Assembly (NCBI GenBank): GCA_964016885.1 | Contig: OZ024741.1 | Span: 21,080,001 to 21,144,000, forward strand | Source: Eledone cirrhosa | Lineage: Eukaryota | Length of the DNA: 64,000 bases | Direction of reading: 5' to 3' | The notes under the pieces: generated by a model | The model's database searches: none | What the model was told of the DNA's origin: nothing | Seen by the model: only the letters and a program-made list of their open reading frames with translations | Program-made: the position numbers and the translations under genes | Part shown: positions 26,188-37,723 of the stretch, piece after piece | Layout of the letters: every line of letters starts with the position of its first letter | Position numbering within the stretch: position 1 is the first letter of the stretch

Positions 26188-26589
26188 TAACAGATTAAAT
26201 TTTAAGCGAAGAATCGCTGCTTTCAGAAGTAAATATTTCGAAAAACGTTACACACTATATATATATATATACATACACTATATATACATATACACACACA
26301 CACAGATAGTGTCATAATGCCGTACTGCAGACACCAGACACACAGACAGATATTATAAGGGCGCGACCTTATAGCTATGTATCTATCTAAAAAGACAGAC
26401 TAAGAAAGAGAGACCGATCGCTAAATCGCCTAATACGGTCCCTAGGCCATTGAAACTTTGAAATATTTTTTACTCAAAACACTCACACGACCATAAGTAT
26501 TTCATGTGTAAAGTTTGAAAAAGATCGGTTGGATGCTTCTCGAGTTTTAGGGAGTCAGACAGACAGACATTCTCTGTTTTAGATATATA
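25177..26589 (-). mobile_element. non-autonomous Helitron-like element
   Basis: Minus-strand 3' end is hairpin CCCGAGCAACGCCGGG then CTAG|T. The 5' end is TATATATCTAAAACAGAGAATGTCTGTCTG. Confidence 0.7.
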
Positions 26590-26845
26590 CTAGCAGAATG
26601 GCCCGGCGTTTCTCGGGATTCTAAACATAGATTGGCATGTTTATCGCTCCTTTCTGAAACAGTACAGAGAAGTACGGAATACCTCGGCCTCGGGATGGTG
26701 TCTACATATTGTGCTTATAAAAAAAATTCGTCGTAGATTACCAGGGTTTTTTTCCGTGCGAAGAAAATCAATACTTTATCGCGAAATAAATACTTTTGTT
26801 TATATTTTGTTATTGTGTATGCAAAAATATCTGTACACGAATATA

Positions 26846-26850
<5 letters not shown>
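26590..26850 (-). mobile_element. second (tandem) 3' end of the same Helitron-like family
   Basis: 26590-26660 repeats 25177-25247 and 26795-26845 repeats 25562-25612. Confidence 0.7.
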
Positions 26851-27127
<277 letters not shown>

Positions 27128-27134
27128 AGGGCAT

Positions 27135-27167
<33 letters not shown>

Positions 27168-27452
27168 GAAAGTAAGTCCATAGAATCATTTGATAAAATA
27201 TATACGGTATTTCTTCTCCCAATCCGCATAATCAACTACATAAAAAAAATCAATTAAACGAGGCTATAAGTTTAAAATGTACCTATGAAGAAAAAATAGA
27301 TAAATAAATGATAGCTATTTTATCCGCGATCCACAGCCACAGAAGATTTACCCAGTATTTCTGATAGCCTGTAGAAATTGACTAGACATATAGTTAACCA
27401 TACACAATTAGGTACAGAATAAAAGTTAGAAGAAAAAATGTACATAAACATG

Positions 27453-27526
<74 letters not shown>

Positions 27527-27599
27527 AATTTGGCCGGAGTATCGCTAAAAAGCTTTCTCCGATATTGTATTTATTTATTATATATATATATATATATTT

Positions 27600-27688
27600 G
27601 ACCCGTTGGGTCACGTTCACTTAAAATAATTTTTAAATAATTGAAATATACAGACATGTATATAATGTAAAATGAAATTGGAAGGCCC

Positions 27689-27782
<94 letters not shown>

Positions 27783-28205
27783 ATATGTGTGCGTGTGTGT
27801 GCGTATATGTGGGTGTCCGTGACCTATATACACTTATATGATACATATGACTTAATATTCAGTCACCAAATTTGAGTTAGATACAGTAATGCTGTATAAC
27901 TGTTATCATTTTTATTCAACAACACCACCAACTCTCTCACTCTCTTCCATTTTCCTTCTCTCTCTCTCTCACTCTCTCTCTCTCTCTCGCTTTGTCTCTC
28001 TTTCTCTCTTTCAATCTACTCTCTCACAACGACTATCTCTTTCTCTCTATCTTTCTCTCTCTCTCTATTTATGAAGGTTCGGGAACCCGTGCTCCGATTT
28101 ACGCGAAACTTGTTTTATTCCATTTGCATTCCCATTTCAGGGACATCTTCCTTTCAAAGTATTTTCCCATTATACACCGTTATGCACACAATCACAAAGT
28201 TTTAG

Positions 28206-28210
<5 letters not shown>
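27600..28210 (-). mobile_element. second Helitron-like family, copy 1
   Basis: Homologous to 40420-41180 (CACGTTCACTT, GGAAGGCCC, GCTCCGATTTACGCGAAACTTG, CAATCACAAA). Confidence 0.55.
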
Positions 28211-28247
<37 letters not shown>

Positions 28248-28302
28248 TATTTCTTTATTAGCCACAGGGGCACAAAAGAAGGGGACAATACAAGATAGAT
28301 AG

Positions 28303-28333
<31 letters not shown>

Positions 28334-28349
28334 GATAGATAGATAGATA

Positions 28350-31300
28350 TCTTTCTTTGTCACGAGAGCGTACAAAAAATGGGACATTACAAGACGTGAC
28401 GGCGGGGGTTTTACATAAAAATCATATAACTTTAACATTAATAAAAAAAAAACAAGAAACTATATATATAATAAAATAACAATTGAAGTCCCTAAGAGGG
28501 GGGTGGGCGTCACTGCAGGGCTGTTTTACACTCCGTAGATAGAATAACCCTCAACACCAGGAACACGTTTTGTAGGTGTTCCCGTCTTCCCTCTGTTTGC
28601 CTTCCTCAACCTACAGGTTTATATACAGAGAAGGCCCATTCACTCGGGCCATTTTCTCCACATTCACCCACCTTTCAGCGAATTTACTGGGGTGTAGCGG
28701 GTTGCTATCCGGAGAGGAAGGTTTTTGCCCTCAGTCCTTTTAATCTCGTCCACCATATTACCTCTTTCGCCTCGCCATAGCCACCAGGCAGAAGAAAACC
28801 GCCTCTCCTTCATTCTTAAATTAAAGCGGCAGGGTGATCCTCACGATGGACTCGGCTGACAACTGGGTGCGTCCCACACGTGACAGTAGCTGTTCGACAT
28901 AATTCCACAGGTCGGTCACCCCTGGACACTGAACAATTGCGTGCAGAACGGTTTCAATGTCCTGCTCGTATCTTGGACAGGTCCTTTTGGTAGCACCCCT
29001 TCCAGGGCATCCATGCCTGTAGATTTTATCACGAACTGATAGAGCTCCTCGGTAGCACTGCCATGCCAGAAACCTCTGGAAGTTATCCATAGGACCTGTA
29101 CGGAAAGTCCCCCCGAACAGACTGGCCAGTTCGTCCTCCTCGATGCCTAGAGTTTCCCCGAGAACGTCGTCGCACTTATCCTCCTCCACTATTCCCCTAT
29201 AGAATGTCGAGGTGGAGTCTCAATTTTCGGTTTTCGCTTAACCCAGGACTGTAGCTCTGCTGAGCAAGACGAGTTATGGAAGAGCTCGTTTCACAAACAG
29301 CAGCCACACCGGTTCGCCGGTCAGGAATCCCTGGAGATGGCGTAGCCTCAGCACGTGTTTGCGCATCATCAGCGATGGCATGCCCAGCCCTCCGTTAGAA
29401 GGGTGTTGGCAGCAGATGGATCTCCTCATCAACGGAGCCTGTTTCTTCCAAAGGAATTTGAAGAGAAGACACTCCGTTTGCGCTTCTCCCACCAGGTTCT
29501 CGATGACAAGCGTCAGCCTCGTTGCTAACACCTCGGCCAAAATCTTCAGCTCTGTGTTGAGCAGAGTTATGGGCCTGAAGTTACTTATGTTATCCCTTTG
29601 TTCTCATCTTTCCTGATCACAGTTACTACGCCTCTGCTTACAGAACTGGGAATTCTCCCGTTCTGCTGCCTGCTGCCAGTTTGCAGCAGACCGTAAACTC
29701 ATAAGGTAGACCATCTAAACCGGGTGATTTGCGTTTCCCACAGCGGCTTAGAGCGTCTTCTATTTCGCCTGCTGTGAATGGTCTTTCGCAGCTCTCCACA
29801 TCCGTGCTCGAGAGTCGCTGTAGAAACTGAAGTCCATCACCCCACTCGAGCAAAGTGCTGCTGGAAGGCCGTGCACATCTGCTTGGATTCAAGTATCATG
29901 CGTTCGTCTTGGTCTTTCAAAGACCGAATTGTGGATTTGTTGCCACTTTTCGCCTCTGCCACTCGGGCCCAGCAAACAGCTTTGGCTCCCTCGTTTCTCA
30001 GAGCACGTGTTCTACTTCTGACAATACAATCTTCGTATACACGTTGAAGAACTGGTCTAGTGCCGTTCTTGCCGCTAGCACGTCAGCTGTACTGCCATTC
30101 CTAAGTGCCTCTTCTACTTTGGCTACCAGTTCCTTTTCAGTTTTGTTCTTCTCTAAAGCTAATTCCTTGCTAAATGCTATTGATTCTACTCTAATTGCTC
30201 TATTGAGAGAGCACCACCACCTGTTGTTGACGATGACCCCCGTCAACTGGCGTTTAACTAAAGTGCTAATCCGTTTACTGTAGGCTTTACGCGTCGGGAG
30301 CGACATGTTTAACTTCCAGTATCCGGGTTGCTGTTTATGTGTTCTATCAAGGTTGACTATGCAGGTCACTAATTTGTGGTCTGAATAGGCAACCATGTGC
30401 ATTTGTGGACAGCTTAACGTTTCCCCATCATTTTTTTCTAATTAGAAATCTACCTAAATACGATCTAGAAGACCCAGTCCGGTTGCTCCACGTCCATAGT
30501 GGTGCACTTGGAAAATCTAGTTGGAATTGGCTGATAAGATTTTTTAGGCTATTACACCCTTCTTCTATCACATACCCCTACATAGTCCCCCGCTAACAAT
30601 AAAGATCGAGACGTTCCCAGGAATGACTCCAGACGCTTAAAGAACTCTTGTCGCGATGTCCCAGTCGGGGCATATATGGCCACCAGTCTGAAAGCTCCAC
30701 CTTTATTACCTTTCACGTCTAGGACCACCAAGTTGCCCTCTGGGTCCAAGTAAATTGTCTGTACTTTGAGATCCAGGTTTTTCCAAAACAAAACAGCAAA
30801 CCCCCTCCACCTCCTGGCTGACAGAGAGATGCGTATATCTCAAAGTTATCGAACATGGGGGTTAACTGCTGCTTGTCGTGAATCATGGACTAGGTGACGG
30901 CTATCATATCTATACAGTGTGATCTGAGGTCATTTAAAAATTGGCCTTGCTTCCAGGACATCCCCAGGCCACGTACATTCAAACATCCAACTTGTATAGT
31001 CACCATGTTTGTGAAGAAGAGTTAGGGAGAGAAAAAGACAGAAACACTTACCTTTTAGTTTCCTGGAGGTCGGGTTGTTCGATCTCCATATCCAGATTGA
31101 GGATGTTTAGGGATGTTAAGGGTTTTTTGGCAAGGGGGGGCCACATCATGTGGGAAGTTTTGTCTCATGGTTTCGTGTTGTGAGGTTATGACCCTGATTA
31201 GTTTCAGGTTTCTGGATGGGTCGTTGTTTGGATGGTGGGGTCCTTTCTGACAGTTTCCACCAGTTTTTTGTTCGCGGTTCTTATGTATGTGTAATGTGTT

Positions 31301-32000
31301 TTGTTTTTTATGTGTGCTGTTTCTGTTTGTAGTTTTCTTTTTGTGGTTGGGGTTTGTGATTGTGGGTGTTTGTTTTGTTGGTGAAATGTCTGGTTGTATT
31401 GGTGGTGATTGTGTTGTTGGTGTGATTGTCGTTTGTTGTTGTGTGTTTATGTCGGTGTTGGGTGTGTGCGTGTTTTCTGAGGATGTTTTTGTTTTTGTAT
31501 TTTTTTTGTATCTTTTTTGTTTCTTGGATTTTTGGGGTTCCTTTTCATCCTCACTTGGAGATGTAGAGGTTCCCGTGTCTGAGACTTCTGAATCAGAGGT
31601 AGATGGGGGGGGGGGGGGGTATGTTGTGTGGTGGAGTTTGTAGAAGTATTTGAAAGAGAGGCAAGGGAGGGTTTTTCAGTAGAGTTTTGTGTGTATTGAT
31701 TCTGGTCTGGTGGCGGTGTGGGAGTGGATGTTGGGATTTTGCTGTTGGCAGTAGAACCTTGTTTCTTCTTGGTTTGTTTAGGAGGGGGAGAAAGGCCTTT
31801 AAGTGTGTGCTTTTCCCACACTAATGTCACTGAGGTCTTTTCCCCGCCACTAAAAGGGATATGATATCTTCTTCGAGGACGATTCTGTCCGGGATTTTTT
31901 CCTATATCTGTGATGAAAACCAGTTCAGTTCGAAATGCACATCCACGATTTCCCTCCATGCTTCTGCTGGACACCGCCAGACGGCGTTTGTCGGTGGTGT
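28350..32000 (-). mobile_element. Tx1/L1-clade LINE relic with internal RT deletion, 3' end in (GATA)n
   Basis: ORF2 start MVTIQVGCLNVRGL near 31006, SDHKLV, GYWKLN, KSPGLDGLPYEF, FLWKK..GGLG and zinc knuckle CPRY..ETVLHAIVQC. Low-complexity ORF1 remnant upstream. Confidence 0.82.
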
Positions 32001-32150
32001 TTTGGCATAGCTACGGCTCTCTAAATGTTTATTTTAAACATACAGTATTTCTTCTGAAATACGAAATTCCAATACATATCTGTATACAACTATGGCTGAA
32101 GCTAAACTGTAAAACATATATATATATATATATATAAGAAAAGATTCAGG

Positions 32151-32243
32151 ACCCCGACGGCTGAGCTCCGGTCGTTTCGACAGCTAGATCCAAACTAAGC
32201 CAGCATTAGAACGGCGGGAATCTAGCTGAACTTATCAAGGGGT
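32151..32243 (-). ncRNA. hammerhead ribozyme with U3-A8 covariant core
   Basis: Minus strand: ACCCC-TTGATAA-GTTCAGCTAGATTC...GGATCTAGCTGTC-GAAA-CGACC(GGAGCTCA)GCCG-TC-GGGGT. Confidence 0.75.
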
Positions 32244-32709
32244 ACAGTCCATATATGGGCATGCAGTCAAAGCAAAAATCTAAGCAAAAAAATCCTAAAA
32301 GTTTGTTGTTTTTCTTGTCTGTCACGGGGAGTGGTCAGTAATCTGGGATGTCATGTACATAGTTTATTACCTTCATGGTGGTGGGGGGTTAAACAGGCCC
32401 AAATACAGGGGGGGGGGGGTAAGAAGGCAGACTGATTTGAGGTTGCTAAGCCAGTCAGGCGTGGACGCACGGTATTAAGAGATATTTTATCCCATACAAC
32501 TATATTTAGTCTATAGAAACGGTAAACTTCAAATCAAAAGGATTTATAAAAAAGCAAACGAGAGAAAGAATATAATTTCAGCGTGTAAGAATCAACGAAG
32601 GTAGCGTAGAGTAAGTTAAGTTTGCCTAATCTAACACTTGGCTAAAAGGCAAAGCATTTATATTTTATTACTAATTCAGTTCTTGGTAAAGAAATCTAGT
32701 TATCAATTA

Positions 32710-34870
32710 CTCTGAGGCCCAGGAAGGGCGCCTCATACACTAATTTACTTCTTGTCAAACATGACCTTGTCTGCCTGAGGGATATTTCTTATAACCTTTC
32801 AAAGCATAGTAGAAAAAGATACTTTTTCCTCACAGTTGGAGCCTACACACTCACCAGGATCGCATACTTTCCTTTGTCCAACGGAATTCTCATGAACATA
32901 AGACGCTCACTAATCCCCACTGGTAATTCTTCCAACTTATCCACAAGAGCAATCTTAGCATCAAATGCTACTCCAGCCACTCTTCTAATCCTTTCATCTC
33001 TCCATTTCCAAAAGAATGTATATTTTCCACAATATTCAGTAAGATGACCATCTCCAGCTAACCTCGTCTCAGATAAAGCAACGATGTCAAGATCATAACA
33101 ATGAAGCTCCTTTGCACAAGAGCGGTCATTCGTTCAGGACGTTCTGAGGAATCACTGTCAAGCAGTGTCTGTACATTTCAACAGCCTTTCTTGGTTCTTA
33201 CGGACATTTCATCATCAAGTGTGCATGAATTGTTCAACGTACTACCAAGGTAAACAAACTTGTCAGCAACTTTTAGCCTCTTTCCGTACACGTACACACT
33301 TGGTGCAGTGTACTCGTTTCCAGGTACTGGCTGATACATCACAACAGTCTTTTCCAAGCTTATTGTGAGACCCAAAGCGCTGCAAGCTTCAGAAAAAGTG
33401 TTCATAATATGCTGCATGTTACTTTGTGAGTGTGCAAAAAGATCGCAGTCATCTGCATACAAAAACTCTCGGATTATAGATGCTAATACCTTCGTGCTTG
33501 CACCAAAGCGCCTGGTGTTGAACAACCTTCCTGAAGTGCGATACCTGATGTAAACCGCATGAGAACAATATTTGAATGCCATGAGAAACACTATCGTAAA
33601 ATATAAGGGATACAGAGTTGGAGCCGGAATGTCTCCCTGCTTCACTCCATTTTCAACTGATATTGGTTCAGAGATGCTACCACTAATACTGACCCAAGCC
33701 TTCATGTCATCATGAAAAAGACAGAGAATCTTCACAAACTTTGGAGGGCAGCCAAGCTTTGTCAAAGGCCTTTGTCAAGTCAAAAAAGACTTGGTAAAGG
33801 TCCATATATTGTTCGATACATTTTTCTTGCAGCTGCCGAGCAGAAACGATCATATCCACTGTTCCACTTTCGTTTCTGAACCCACACTGCGACTCAGGTA
33901 ACACATTCAGAGCAACTCTTGGGATCAATCTATCCATCAATATTCGACACATGACTTTACCAACTACTGAAAGAAGTGATATGCCACGATAATTGCCACA
34001 TTTGTCCTTGCCACCCCTTCCTTTATGGAGAATCACCATGAGTGCATCCTTCCAATCTTGTGGGACATTCTCATCTTCCCACACCATTTTCATGAGGTCA
34101 GTCAGGCGCTGCGTGAAGTTTTAACCACCACACTTCAAACCCTCTGCACTCTGACCATCCATACCAGGAGACTTACCACAGTTCAGCTTATGCATAGCAG
34201 AAGTCCCCTCTGCAAGAGAAGGTACATCAACCATCTCATGTTTCACTGGTTCAATAGGAATGGAACAAATGAAATCATTATCAACCTGGTTTAAGAGCTG
34301 GTTTAAGAGCTCATCAAAGTGATCTCTCTATCTGTCGAGTGTCTTTTGGATCGCGCAGTAATTGCTTGCCATCTTTCGATCTCAAAGGGGCCACTGGAGA
34401 ACTGAAAGGGCCATACACCTCTCTGAGTAGAGAGTGCGGAAGTTTCATATTGTTGCCATCAGATGCCACTTGAACTTCATCTGCTTTGTTGCTCCACCAG
34501 GTATTTTGCATAGCCCCGAGTTTCACCTGCACCTCCTTCTTTACCTGTCTGTAACGCTCATAATTGTCACCAACAGAGCTACTTCCTTTAAGAACTGCAT
34601 CCAGTGCCTTTTGTTTTCTGTCCAGCAGTGACTTAACCTCCCGGCCATTCTCATCAAACTAGTCCTTGTTTTCTTATGACAAAGCCAAGGACCTCTGTTG
34701 AAGCCTCATAGACCGAACTCCTGAAGTCATTCCAGTTTTTCGCACAATCAATACTTTCAAGCCTGTGACGTAGCTCTTCCTTGACACCCTTATCTTTCAT
34801 ACGATCTATATTCAAGCACTTTGGAATCTTGACACCATTTGCTGTTATTTGAGATTTGATCACGAAGTTT
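32710..34870 (-). mobile_element. RTE-clade LINE fragments, with RT fused upstream of an APE N-terminus
   Basis: ORFs 33710..34093 and 33178..33765 (YRGISLL, GVKQGD, YADD), followed by GC*NVQTLLD...DIVALSETR. Same family as 4420-5555. Confidence 0.85.
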
Positions 34871-35920
34871 GCCTTGGCTTGGGCGTTGTTTGTTTGTTTG
34901 TTTGGTGTCACGAACTTGCAGGCTACACCATTCATCCGATTTTCATGAAACTCGACCCGTAGATTGGAATAGGCTACTTGAAATTTGACGTAGGTATATA
35001 TTTTGATGCGGGGATCAACGTGGAGTACTTGAAATTTTCAAAAATAGATAATCGGACCCCCAGAGGCAAAAATCGATATTTTCAGAATTCGTCCGATTTC
35101 AATGAAATTTGATATTACCACAATAATAGATCCATTAGGAGTTACTCCAAGGCTGCAAAAATTCAGAAAGTTTTTTTAAACTCATAAATCATGCGTTAAA
35201 TGAGACCTTTAAGAGTTAGGTGAGTAAATGTTCAAACAGTCTTAAATAATCATGCTTTTTGAAAAACATTTACTAAATAATACTTTGACCAAGTTGTATT
35301 GGACACATACAAAGTTGTAAAAAATGTTACGTCCATACCAATTTTTTCCTTTTTTAAACAAAAGGTTCTAACAAATTACTTAATTCATAACACTACTGTC
35401 ACAGCCTTTTGCACAGGAAGTGAGTAAGTTTTCGGGTTTTTAAACGTAAGTTCACCAGGGTTTGTGTCTTTTCCATTATTAGCCCACCTCTAATAGCATT
35501 TTTTGTTCTGTTTACGACTAAATGTTATGAGCGTATTTGCAAATTGCTATTGTTCTTTAGTTTTTTAATTGGTTTTCATAGACCATCTGCATGCAGTGCA
35601 ATTGATTGCGCACACGTACACACCTGCATGCAGATAAACACTGACAGCTAATAAAAAAATCGATAATTTGCTTATTGAGACATCGGTCAAAAAGAGAGAT
35701 TGAATGTACTTTAGAAAATTTTTTGAATATATTGTTCTTTTTGGCATATGTCAGAAATATAGCTACTATTCACTTTGGTTATTTTTTGTAACTAAGAAAC
35801 GGTTCCTTTTGGGTGGATACTTAACGAGAAAGATCCCAGGGTTTTGGACAAGTTTGTTTCAGGCACTGTATAGACGCCAATTTTGTCACACCTTGGTCAT
35901 GAATTCGTATTCTTTTACAA

Positions 35921-36160
35921 TAGATTTTCCGCTCTATAAGGCGTATCATTTAAAATCAGGTCCGCGCAACGGCGTGTAAGGCCAACCAGGAAAATGCTAT
36001 CTTCTTTACTTTTAGTCTAGATCTATTACTTCTGTTAGAGCCGTGATTGATTACCATTGTATTATTTATACATAAGGCTCACCGGAGTATAAAGCGCAGA
36101 GCTGTTTTTTGATGAAATTTAGGTATTTTAAGTGCACTTTATAGGCCGGAAAATTCGGTA
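35921..36160. mobile_element. possible Tc2/pogo-type MITE
   Basis: Imperfect TIRs: ATTTTCCGCTCTATAAG versus TTTATAGGCCGGAAAATTCGGTA. Confidence 0.45.
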
Positions 36161-36411
36161 AGTTATAATCATATTTCCAAACCTTCCCATTCACCAGTAA
36201 CCATGCTAGCGAATCTGGTGTCATCTCTCTCTGTATTTAATCACCTCTCTCTAACCTAACAGCTTCGTTACACGTCGTTGTGCCCACACGGAAACGTTCA
36301 AGACTTACCTCCAAAAAAGATACAGCTACTGCTTTGAGACGACGAATTAGGCGTTCTCAGGTATGCGTTCATTCCCAATTGGTTAATCCTTTATGCAATA
36401 TTCTGCCTTAA

Positions 36412-36844
36412 TGTTACTGTACCGGCCCCTTATGGCTGTGACTCAGCACGTATAGGAGTTGCGTCCCTTTACGACGGTCGTGACTCAGCACATATAGGAG
36501 TTGCGTCCCTTTACGACGGTCGCGACTCCCAGTGGCAGATACGTATAGGAGTTGCGTCCCTTTGTGACGGTCGCGACTCCCTGTGGCAGATCCATGTACT
36601 AAATGGAGTTGCGTCCCCCTGAGGCCTATATATTTGAGGACAATCAAGGCATAACTCTCTCGCATCCTGAACTTCGAAGGAACAAGAAGAACACCTCAGA
36701 CCTTGTCAAGAGATGACTCCTATCTCACTTCCTGCGCCGGCAGCCTAAAGAAACACTTGAACCTTACCAAGAGAAGATTTCTGTTCTTCTCCACACACTC
36801 CAGTCTGGGAGTTGTGACCAACTGACCATCAACATGTAGTAACA
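36412..36844 (+). mobile_element. candidate solo LTR with internal ~37-49 bp repeats
   Basis: TGTTACT...AGTAACA termini, four GGAGTTGCGTCCC blocks and a TATA-like motif. No clean TSD. Confidence 0.45.
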
Positions 36845-37486
36845 ATTATTTATATTAATTTATTTGACTTCTGTGAAGTAAAACCATGTCACAACACTCA
36901 CCTGCATTTATTGTCATTCTTGATAATATATATATACACTGATGCTAATATCCTAAATTAGCAAGCACTGCGTTTATCCTAACTGTCACCACTTTTAAGC
37001 AACTACAACATTCTAATATCCCTGAATTTATCTAATGTTTCTTCTTTCTTTATAATGTATTATATAGCTCTGATATTGAATCAATCTAATCCATTCAGAT
37101 TATTTTGTCCCTATTATTCATAGAGCAACAACGGTTAAGGTTGGCACCACACAAATTCAGGGATATATGTGGGTATATGCATGTATATGTATGTATTCGC
37201 ATGTGTCTGTGTATTTCTTTGTATTGTTTATAACTCCCTACGGTAGAGTAACCACTGAAGTATAGTGAGTGCTGTTAAGATTACACTAATCACACTTCTC
37301 GCCCTCCTAGCCAACTCTTCTACGGCCTTGACATAAATACCCCCTCCGCCTTTTGTGGTATTTTTCTCTTGGTTGTAAGAGGCTCAGCTCTGTTTCTTGA
37401 CCGCTGTATCACGTGATAAGTTCCCCCTCCGCTTTTCGGGATTCTATCTCGCGTCCTACGGACGTGTTTTGAAACTCTAAATGAAG

Positions 37487-37581
37487 TATCCTCTTGATAA
37501 GTCGGCAAACCTCACAAAAATACTGCATCTCTATGATGTAATGTTTTGCATAATAGCCACGAAACTACGTAGTCGAGGATA
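37487..37581 (+). ncRNA. hammerhead ribozyme with U3-A8 covariant core
   Basis: TATCCTC-TTGATAA-GTCGGC...GCCAC-GAAA-CTACGTAG-TC-GAGGATA: 7-bp stem I and palindromic stem III. Confidence 0.82.
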
Positions 37582-37638
37582 ATGAAGGAATTTAGGTATA
37601 TTATATCTTTTTATTTATATTATTTATGTTTCTTCTTT

Positions 37639-37720
<82 letters not shown>

Positions 37721-37723
<3 letters not shown>

